A stretch of DNA of 64,000 nt from Candidatus Micrarchaeia archaeon (lineage in GTDB: Archaea; Micrarchaeota; Micrarchaeia; Anstonellales; J096): the NCBI GenBank assembly GCA_041500865.1, contig JBGQMY010000001.1, forward strand, positions 18,834 to 82,833. Reading direction: 5' to 3'. Under the pieces are notes generated by a model. It saw only the letters and a list, made by a program, of their open reading frames with translations. It did no database searches and was not told the origin of the DNA. A program made the translations under genes and the position numbers. Below, in pieces: positions 56,906 to 64,000 of this stretch. Position 1 is the first letter of the stretch. Each line of letters begins with the position of its first letter.

Positions 56906-58393
56906 TCAGCCGAACTCGCTTCCCTTTTCCATCCTTTTCATTGAGAAATCGGATTGGCTTGCCTTCCACCAGTTTTTGTCGTACCTGTCAAACAGCTGCT
57001 CCTCTATCGTCTTTGCGTGGTTTATGGCTTCCAAAACGTGCCTTTTCTCTATCAGGCTGCTTCCTTCTCCTACTGCGCTGTCCCCGGAAAGGCGCACGAT
57101 GCCCGAAAGCTTCCTTAGCCTCAGCGTAAGGGACTTGGGCGCATTGTCCACGTTGTCCGCAATCCTCTTGGCCTCCTTGATTATCTCTTCAACGGCCTCC
57201 CTCGTGGCATGGGGTATCTTCTTGTCCCTTGCCACTTCCTGCGCCACGAACTGCACGAGCTTTGCCCTGCTCTCCGGCGTGTCAGGGACCTTGACGTCAA
57301 GCAAGACCTCGTAGCCTTCCCCCCTTATCCTGCTCCTGAGCGCGGGGTTTATCTCAGATATGTCGGTAACGTTCATTGCGCCTATGAATATGAAGTCGCA
57401 CGGCACGCCGTCCACCCTCACTATGGCACCTGTGCTTGTCGTGTTCCTTCCCAGTATCGGGAAGTTCTTGTCCTGCATCGCGGTAAGTATGCACTTCTGC
57501 AAAGGATAGTCTATGGACGTCAGCTCGTCAATGAAAAGCACGCCCTCGTGCGCCGAATGCACTGCCCCTGGGACGACCCTCATGAACGGCGGGATGCCTA
57601 TCTCCGGATGCCCCCCGTACGGGTCATGCTGTATGTCGCCAAGAAGCTCGCTTTCGCTTGCTCCCGTCGCCTGCACGAACGTGCTCCTGTTTATGGGCAC
57701 AAGGACCTTCTTTTCGTCCTTTATGCTGCTGGACGCCTTTTTCATCTCATCCTGCGTCAGCACCCTTATCTTTCCCTCGAACTGCTCGTAGATGACGATT
57801 TCCTTCTTGCCCAGCGGGTCCCTCTTTTCCGCCTTGACGAACTTCTTCCTTGAAGGCACGTCCCTTTGGGGGGCAATGAGGTCGTTGAACGGGTTTGAGA
57901 AGCTGGCATGCTTGGCCGCGCTGCAGTTCGGGCAGATGCCCAATTCGGGGTTGCTCAGCTCCCCGCAGCGCGAGCACCTGAATCCCAGCTCTTCAGCAAC
58001 GAAGATGGGCGCGTCCTGCGGCTCTATCAGCTTGCCTATTGAGGGCTGCGACGGCGCCTTTGTTGCCACGTCCTCCCTCCTTTCCAGCTTGAGTATGGGC
58101 CTTTCAGGCTTCCCGGCATTGTGCAGCACCGATATCTGCATCTTCGGCATCGGAAGGATTGTTGCCACGGCCCTTGCTATCATGCTTTTGCCTGTGCCCG
58201 GCGGGCCTACGAGGAGAAGATGCCTTTTCTGCATGGCCGAGACTCGCGCGAACTTCACTGCCCTTTCCTGGCCGATAATGCAGAAGAACGGGTCGTCCGG
58301 AACCGGTATCTCCGATGTGTCGCTGTAAGCCTCAACGGATTTCATGAGCTCCTGCTCGACTTTCTCCTTCAGGTGGCTGACGGCTGAAAACAT
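56906..58393 (-). CDS. LonB-like AAA+ ATPase lacking the protease domain, with an inserted Zn-ribbon
   Basis: IIGQERAV...LLLVGPPGTGKSM...ILP matches the archaeal LonB N-terminal module. Inserted CSRCG...CPNCS. Ends after the AAA helical subdomain. No S16 protease Ser-Lys dyad. Confidence 0.65.
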   Translation of the reverse strand: MFSAVSHLKEKVEQELMKSVEAYSDTSEIPVPDDPFFCIIGQERAVKFARVSAMQKRHLLLVGPPGTGKSMIARAVATILPMPKMQISVLHNAGKPERPILKLERREDVATKAPSQPSIGKLIEPQDAPIFVAEELGFRCSRCGELSNPELGICPNCSAAKHASFSNPFNDLIAPQRDVPSRKKFVKAEKRDPLGKKEIVIYEQFEGKIRVLTQDEMKKASSSIKDEKKVLVPINRSTFVQATGASESELLGDIQHDPYGGHPEIGIPPFMRVVPGAVHSAHEGVLFIDELTSIDYPLQKCILTAMQDKNFPILGRNTTSTGAIVRVDGVPCDFIFIGAMNVTDISEINPALRSRIRGEGYEVLLDVKVPDTPESRAKLVQFVAQEVARDKKIPHATREAVEEIIKEAKRIADNVDNAPKSLTLRLRKLSGIVRLSGDSAVGEGSSLIEKRHVLEAINHAKTIEEQLFDRYDKNWWKASQSDFSMKRMEKGSEFG

Positions 58394-58519
58394 ATGGTTT
58401 AAGGTTGCATATACCTGTTTATAACGCTTTGCGCAGTCGGAAAAAGAAAAGCGTTTTTAACCTATGCCAAGAATATATGGTAAGCCTTTTAGCAAAAGGC
58501 TTAAGCGAAAAACGTATGT

Positions 58520-58593
58520 GGGGCCTTGGGGTAACCTGGTTAGCCTGTTGGCTTCGGGAGCCAGAGATCCGAGTTCAAATCTCGGAGGCCCCA
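58520..58593 (+). tRNA. tRNA-Pro (anticodon CGG); coordinates uncertain by about 1 nt
   Basis: Hand-folded. Acceptor GGGGCCT/AGGCCCC, anticodon stem TTGGC/GCCAG with loop TTCGGGA, T-arm CCGAG-TTCAAAT-CTCGG, discriminator A, no CCA. A TTTATAAA box lies immediately downstream. Confidence 0.85.
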
Positions 58594-58626
58594 TTCTTTA
58601 TAAAACGTTTAATGCAAAATAAAGGC

Positions 58627-59187
58627 ATGGCGCAGGAAAGGCATAGGCTTGCTGCTAAGATTACCGAGCAAAAACGGCCCAAACTGGCAGGCAAGAAGCT
58701 GCCGGCAGACAAAGGCATTCAATACGAGAAGAAACAGAAGCGGCTCAACGGACAACTGCTTAAAGTTGCCGGAAAGGGAAATGCTGAAAAGGTGAAGCGC
58801 CTGCTGGAGCTTGGCGCAGACATAAATGCAAAAGACAGCGAGGGCTTTACAGCGCTCATGTTTGCCTTGAACGCGAGACATACCGATATCGCCATGTTCC
58901 TGATAGGATTAGGGGCGGACGTGCATGGAAAGGAAAGAGGCATGACTCCCCTTATGATTGCCGCATCATACGGCTATATAGGCATTTGCGAGCTGCTGAT
59001 TGGAAAAGGCGCGGATATCGGAGCAGAGGATCAGGCACGCCGGACTGCATATGACTGGGCAAAGATAAGGTTTGAGGAAGAAATGGTCGACTTCCTGATA
59101 TATGCGAAGCGTTTGGTGAAAGTGACTGGCAAGGACGGCTTCAGGACATTCCTTTCGGATTTCAGGGCTTGCGCCGGAAGCGCCTAG
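58627..59187 (+). CDS. ankyrin-repeat protein ending in FLSDFRACAGSA
   Basis: The track ORF 58405..59187 runs through the tRNA. The start is taken at MAQERH, about 25 nt downstream of the TTTATAAA box. Confidence 0.7.
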   Translation: MAQERHRLAAKITEQKRPKLAGKKLPADKGIQYEKKQKRLNGQLLKVAGKGNAEKVKRLLELGADINAKDSEGFTALMFALNARHTDIAMFLIGLGADVHGKERGMTPLMIAASYGYIGICELLIGKGADIGAEDQARRTAYDWAKIRFEEEMVDFLIYAKRLVKVTGKDGFRTFLSDFRACAGSA

Positions 59188-59226
59188 TTTTATAAACTCT
59201 TTTCAACATGAATTGAAACGATTGTA

Positions 59227-59988
59227 ATGAAGCTGGCCCGCAGAATAACCAACACTAAAAAGGTCGCTGGCAGCTTAATTTATAGAACAAATGTCCTTGA
59301 CCAGGAAGCGTTAAACAAAAAGCTTTTTGAGACAATAGATAACTTTGGCGGAAGGCCTGAAGTCTCATACTGGATAATGCAGGGCGCAAACATAGAGGCA
59401 AGGAACTCTAAAAAAGAGACACCGCTATTCATGGCAGTGTACCGCGGCGGGCCGGCAATAATAAATCTCCTGCTGGAATGCGGCGCAAATATAGACGCAA
59501 AGGACAAATGGGGCCGGACGCCGCTCATGAATGCAGTAATGCAATCAGACCGCGGCACAGAGGCATGGCTCCTTATAGAAAAGGGGGCGGATGTGCATGC
59601 AAAGGACAAAGGGGGCACGCCCGTCATTTGCTTTGCTGCGCTGTACGGAAGGAACCAAATTGTGTATGACCTCCTCAAAAAAGGCGCTGACATAAACGCA
59701 ACGGACAGGTGGGGCAAGACGCCGCTGATGATTGCAGTAAAGGAAAACAATCTCAAACTTATAGCGATGCTCATAGAGATGGGCGCGGACATAACGATAA
59801 TGGACAATGAAGGAATGACAGTGCTTGACCAAGCCAGAAGGCAGGAAAATGCCGAAAAATTCGGAACACTGCAGATAATATTCCTTGCAGGATTCGGAAA
59901 AGAGACATTCACGGCATTCAGGAAAAGCTTCAGGGAATGCATCGTCAAGGAAAGGGGATACATTTCCGCATCCAGCTACCTTTTATAA
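59227..59988 (+). CDS. ankyrin-repeat protein with FRKSFRECIV near the C-terminus
   Basis: Six ankyrin repeats. Confidence 0.8.
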   Translation: MKLARRITNTKKVAGSLIYRTNVLDQEALNKKLFETIDNFGGRPEVSYWIMQGANIEARNSKKETPLFMAVYRGGPAIINLLLECGANIDAKDKWGRTPLMNAVMQSDRGTEAWLLIEKGADVHAKDKGGTPVICFAALYGRNQIVYDLLKKGADINATDRWGKTPLMIAVKENNLKLIAMLIEMGADITIMDNEGMTVLDQARRQENAEKFGTLQIIFLAGFGKETFTAFRKSFRECIVKERGYISASSYLL

Positions 59989-60014
59989 AGGCTTTGCACC
60001 CAGAGGATTATTGC

Positions 60015-61133
60015 ATGAAGATTGGATTTTTCGTTGACAGGCTTCACCTTACCGACGGCGTAAGCATAGCCCTCGAGCTTCTGAGGAAGGAGCTGGAAGC
60101 AAAGGGCCATGAGGCATACGTGTTCTCGCCTGGGGAAAGGAAAAGGAAGGAGGAAAACAAGGACCCGAAGGTGTTCTTCTTCACCTCGCCCATATTCAAG
60201 GACTACCCGGACTTCAACATTGTAACGTTTCCGAACAACTCTGCCTACGAACTGGCAAAGAAGCTTGATTTGGACATAATACACTCGTTCGCGATGGGCA
60301 CGATGGGCGTGGCCGCGTCAAACGTGGCAAGCAAGATGAAAAAGCCTTCCGTTCTAACTGCCTACAGCCTGCCGCACAGGCAGATAGACAGCATTTTTGG
60401 GGACGGGCTGGGCAGCATAGTGCACAAGCTTTCCACCAAATACATGAGGTGGTACCTCTCAAGCTTCAGGTGCTTCTGCGTGCCGTCTGAATACGTGAAG
60501 GCCAGCATAGAGAAAGAAATGGGGATAAAGGCCAACGAGGTGCTGTCCCTGGGCATAGACTACGAGGCAGCGAAGGCCGGCCTGAAGTCAAAAAAGGAAC
60601 GGGGCAAGTTCGTCTATGCCGGAAAGATAGCGAAGGAGAAGGACCTGGACCTCCTGGTTTCGTCAATGCCGTCAATATCCAACAGGCTCAACGACGCGGA
60701 CATCCTCATATACGGCGAAGGCCCGTACAGGGAGACGCTGATAGAGAAGGCCATATCCACGAAGATAGACGACCACGTTTTCGTGGGCTCTTTCCTTACC
60801 AAGAGGAGGCTCATGGCAGAGCTTTCCAACGCGTCATTGTTCCTTTTCCCTTCGCAGAGCGACACCCAGAGCCTTTCGCTGGTTGAGGCCATGGCTGAAG
60901 GCGTAATCCCGATATGCCCGCAGGACTCCTGCGCATACGAGCTTGTGAAGGGCACCCCGCTTGAGAGGTTCAGCTTCAACAACAAAAAAGATTTTTCAGA
61001 AAAGGTGGTGTCGGCATACAGCGACGTCAACGACAATGACAGGGCGCTTGCGTCCGAAATCGCATCCCGTTATGACATAAGGGAGATAGCGAAAAGGCAC
61101 GTGGCGCTTTACGAGTCGCTGTCAAAAAAGTAG
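60015..61133 (+). CDS. glycosyltransferase family 4 (GT-B)
   Basis: EAMAEGVIPI motif. The internal start MKIGFF is preferred, with a TTTTATAAAGG box about 30 nt upstream. Confidence 0.75.
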   Translation: MKIGFFVDRLHLTDGVSIALELLRKELEAKGHEAYVFSPGERKRKEENKDPKVFFFTSPIFKDYPDFNIVTFPNNSAYELAKKLDLDIIHSFAMGTMGVAASNVASKMKKPSVLTAYSLPHRQIDSIFGDGLGSIVHKLSTKYMRWYLSSFRCFCVPSEYVKASIEKEMGIKANEVLSLGIDYEAAKAGLKSKKERGKFVYAGKIAKEKDLDLLVSSMPSISNRLNDADILIYGEGPYRETLIEKAISTKIDDHVFVGSFLTKRRLMAELSNASLFLFPSQSDTQSLSLVEAMAEGVIPICPQDSCAYELVKGTPLERFSFNNKKDFSEKVVSAYSDVNDNDRALASEIASRYDIREIAKRHVALYESLSKK

Positions 61134-61135
61134 AC

Positions 61136-63625
61136 TCAGCCTTTCAGCTGCTTGAGCTTGCTCTCCAGCTCGCTTAGCGTCATCAGCATGACATCGCCCG
61201 TGTCAATGTAGAACTTGAGCGTTGAGGAAAGCCTGCTGCCATCCGATATGGCATCAAGGAAGTCCCTCTTGGACGCATCGTCCTCGAAAACTATGAAGAC
61301 GAGGCCGTTCTTGACAAGGCCCCTGAAGTTGTCCTTTATGTACTTTATCTCCTTTGGTTCGTAGAAATAGACAAAGAACGAGTTCCACATGAGCTTGAGC
61401 TCCACATGGTATCCCTTGCTCCTGCCTATCTCGCTGAACGGGACGGTGTTCTCTATGCACATGTCCCTCAACGAGCGGAACATGGAAAGCTGCTTTATCG
61501 TGAAGCCGGAGTCCTTTTCCCACGACATAAGGCCATAGAAGTCGTTTTCCTCCTTGACGTCGCCCTCCTTCTTGAGTATGTCCATTATGTATTCTATGTT
61601 GAAGTCGCTCGCGTATATCCTGCTTCCCTTGTAGTATATGCTGGAAAGCTGCCTCTTTATGTCCTGTATTGAAACAGGCGTGTAATTCCACTTGTAGAAC
61701 TCGTTTATGTCCTCGAAAAGCTTCAGGAACGTGTTCCTGCTGAGCGGTATCCTTATGGCCTCTATGGACGGGAAGTCCGGAACGTCTATGCCGAATACCA
61801 GCTCTTCCTTCCGTGTCAGGAATACCCCGGCAAAGTAAATCAGCAGCGAGACTATGCCCACGAGTATGTTTGTAGTGTTGAAGACCCTGCCGAGGCCCGT
61901 CGTGTCCGGCCTTGAGACGGTAATCACGGTCTTGAAGCTGCCGGCCTGGACCGTGAAGTTGTATTTTCCGACAGGCACCGCGCCGTTGAAATAGTCGGAC
62001 ATGGATACCTTGAAGTTGGTCCTCCTTCCGGTGAATGAGTAGGACCTGTTGCCGCATGAGGTGCACGTGACCGTTGCGCTCTCGACCTCCTGCGGCCTTC
62101 CCTGCGAGCTGAAATTGAAGACGAACGCGGCATCATTGAAGTTGGGAATTACCTTTACGTCAAGCCCGCCGAACTGGATGTACGTGCGCGCGTACCTTTC
62201 GCTTCCGGACACGTCAAAGATGTAGGGCGCCGCGCCGAGTTCGTTCTTGACGTATTGGTAGTAAATTGGCGAGTTCAGGTTTGACTGGTCCAAATGGACT
62301 TTGTCGTCTTCCGTTCCATTGGCCGCAATCACGGACATGCTCATCGTCGGGTCTGAGTCGGCCCCTACCGTGCCATCCGCTATAAGCTCAAGCCTGGAGC
62401 CCTGGCCCGAGATGGAATAGGCGAGAAGCTTTGGCGCCTCAGTGTCTTGCGCATACAGGCTTCCGGCATAATCCTTCAGCGCGGACCTTATGTCAAGCGT
62501 TGAAAACGAAACGTTTTTCGGGTTGTAGACGTCAAACCTGATAAGCTCGAACACGTGGCTTCCGAGCTTGAACATGTCCGAGCCAAAGTAGTGGCTTTTG
62601 CCAATCGCGGGGTTCGCCATGACTACGGGACCTGGCATGAAAGCCGCCCACTTGTCAAACGAGGACGCAACCTTGAAGGCGTCCATTGCGGCGCTCTTGC
62701 CGTCGTCCCATCCGTTGTCCAGCGAGTTCGGGATGAACACCATGTTCCAATTCGAGTTTTTTGGCGCTATTATGGACACCGCGTCGTAGACCTTCGTTGC
62801 GTCGCTGGCCACGTAGAGGGCATTTCTCATATTGAGCGCCTTTATCTGTATGTCAGTTTGCACCTGGAACGAGATTCCCAGGCTGTTCCAGAACGGCATC
62901 AGGGGGGCCTGGTTCCCGTCCGGGTTGATTTTGAAATCCGGCATCACGCCGATGTACATGAACGTTATGTATTTCATCCTGTTCTGGCTGAATTGCGAAA
63001 CCAGCTCGTCCTGCGGATAGTCGTACGGCACCATGACCGTGGAGCCGTCAGGCACCCTTGACAGGTCAAGCCCGTTGACCACGACCGGATTGAGGCCCGA
63101 GGCGGTTGCGCTCTTGGAAAACTGGAAAACGAACTCGTCAAGCCTGGATTCGTTGCCGCCTGGCTGGATGCTTCTGGGCAGGACCAGGTAAACGTCCTTG
63201 GACAGGGGCCTGTCCGTGACATACACGGTCAGCGCGGAGGTGGAATTCTCGGATGCTGAGAGGTTTATTACGTTGACAACGGCATTCTGCTTGTTTTCGT
63301 AGCTGCCATAGTCGGCATACTGGACGCCCTTTATGTCCATTGACCCGTAGGGCGGCACAGGCTGCACGTTCAGCAGCGCGCTTATCTGGGATGCGAAGGA
63401 GGATATGAACAGGATTATCCCAAAAAAGACCAGCAGCCCCACGAGGACTGGCACGTAATTCACGAAATTGATTGGCTTCTTCGGCGCCTCTTCCTCGCCC
63501 TTCCTTGCAACGCGCCTGCCGAATATGGACTCCCTAATTGCCTCAAGCAGGGGCTTTTCGACTCTCTTCAGCCTGTACTTGACCTCAAAGGGCTTGAGCA
63601 GCTGCAGCCTTACCTTGTCCTTCAT
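61136..63625 (-). CDS. large membrane protein with an extracytoplasmic domain of about 560 aa and a cytoplasmic C-terminal domain
   Basis: Transmembrane segment near aa 50-75 and a second near aa 600. No catalytic motif recognised. Flanked by glycosyltransferases. Confidence 0.45.
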   Translation of the reverse strand: MKDKVRLQLLKPFEVKYRLKRVEKPLLEAIRESIFGRRVARKGEEEAPKKPINFVNYVPVLVGLLVFFGIILFISSFASQISALLNVQPVPPYGSMDIKGVQYADYGSYENKQNAVVNVINLSASENSTSALTVYVTDRPLSKDVYLVLPRSIQPGGNESRLDEFVFQFSKSATASGLNPVVVNGLDLSRVPDGSTVMVPYDYPQDELVSQFSQNRMKYITFMYIGVMPDFKINPDGNQAPLMPFWNSLGISFQVQTDIQIKALNMRNALYVASDATKVYDAVSIIAPKNSNWNMVFIPNSLDNGWDDGKSAAMDAFKVASSFDKWAAFMPGPVVMANPAIGKSHYFGSDMFKLGSHVFELIRFDVYNPKNVSFSTLDIRSALKDYAGSLYAQDTEAPKLLAYSISGQGSRLELIADGTVGADSDPTMSMSVIAANGTEDDKVHLDQSNLNSPIYYQYVKNELGAAPYIFDVSGSERYARTYIQFGGLDVKVIPNFNDAAFVFNFSSQGRPQEVESATVTCTSCGNRSYSFTGRRTNFKVSMSDYFNGAVPVGKYNFTVQAGSFKTVITVSRPDTTGLGRVFNTTNILVGIVSLLIYFAGVFLTRKEELVFGIDVPDFPSIEAIRIPLSRNTFLKLFEDINEFYKWNYTPVSIQDIKRQLSSIYYKGSRIYASDFNIEYIMDILKKEGDVKEENDFYGLMSWEKDSGFTIKQLSMFRSLRDMCIENTVPFSEIGRSKGYHVELKLMWNSFFVYFYEPKEIKYIKDNFRGLVKNGLVFIVFEDDASKRDFLDAISDGSRLSSTLKFYIDTGDVMLMTLSELESKLKQLKG

Positions 63626-63637
63626 CCGCGTTCATCC

Positions 63638-63997
63638 TCAGATTGGCTTGACGTAGTCATTCGATATCATGTCCTGCACGACGTTCATGACCCTTTGCTC
63701 GGCTATCTCGTAACGCTCCGAAAATGCCCCTATGTCAAGCTCGCCGCCATGGTCCTTGAGCCATTCAGATATCTTGAGCTGCAGCACCTCGTCGCTGAAC
63801 TTCATGAACTTCTCCAGCTTCGCCTCGGTCGAGGAAAGCCTGTTGCCGACTGTGTAGAGCTTCTTGGTCATCTCCTCGTTCTCGTGCTTGTAGTTGTTCA
63901 GCAGCGCCGTGGTCTCGTTGAGCTTGCTCTTGAGCTTGTCCCTTTCGATGTAAACGTCCTTGGAGCCTGCCGGTATCATGGATTCCATGTCTTTCAC
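63638..63997 (-). CDS. coiled-coil hypothetical protein; the ORF may extend beyond the window edge
   Basis: Heptad-like charged sequence. Start not certain. Confidence 0.35.
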   Translation of the reverse strand: MKDMESMIPAGSKDVYIERDKLKSKLNETTALLNNYKHENEEMTKKLYTVGNRLSSTEAKLEKFMKFSDEVLQLKISEWLKDHGGELDIGAFSERYEIAEQRVMNVVQDMISNDYVKPI

Positions 63998-64000
63998 GAG

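Noticed and set aside
57209-57853. 214-aa plus-strand ORF opposite the LonB-like ATPase
   Set aside because: It is antisense to a gene with intact Walker motifs. It is His/Arg-rich and probably spurious.
1-64000. CRISPR arrays or IS elements
   Set aside because: No regularly spaced short repeats were found, and no transposase or integrase genes. The only mobile-type features are the intein and the repeat-bounded restriction-modification/PIN segment.

Overview
Most likely a symbiont-type archaeal contig of about 55% GC, possibly DPANN-like, compact and mostly coding.

Evidence for an archaeal origin:
- A Nop5/Nop56-family gene.
- TATA-like boxes (TTTAAA/TTTATA) sitting about 25-35 nt upstream of many start codons, with little or no leader sequence.
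- A LonB-type AAA+ ATPase.
- An RtcB gene carrying a LAGLIDADG intein.
- An alpha2-type glycyl-tRNA synthetase.
- tRNAs that do not encode the 3' CCA.

Bacterial-type genes mixed in: MetK, MnmA, CutA, and a three-gene lower mevalonate operon.

Main content of the window:
- A glmS-GNAT pair and tRNA-Asn.
- The lower mevalonate operon (decarboxylase, phosphomevalonate kinase, mevalonate kinase).
- Glycosyltransferases.
- A 4.1 kb segment bounded by 43-bp direct repeats, carrying an MmeI-like type IIG restriction-modification enzyme, a PIN-domain gene, a small Zn-ribbon gene, and an ankyrin-family 3' fragment driven by a duplicated Nop5 promoter/start.
- A copper-resistance locus: membrane-tethered regulator, membrane protein, a CopZ-related mini-ORF, copZ and copA, with a 277-bp-period tandem duplication footprint.
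- Thirteen ankyrin-repeat paralogs sharing a conserved C-terminal F-x-x-F-R-E-C motif, including a four-gene head-to-tail array with identical TGA-ATG junctions.
- An 876-aa protein with two tandem MoxR-type AAA+ domains, followed by a 1125-aa protein carrying an HExxH motif, a K/E/G-rich linker and a C-terminal VWA domain with a MIDAS metal-binding motif, in a five-gene operon ending with a translationally coupled ankyrin gene. This is the most novel candidate system in the window.

About ten ATGA or TGATG start/stop overlaps indicate frequent translational coupling.
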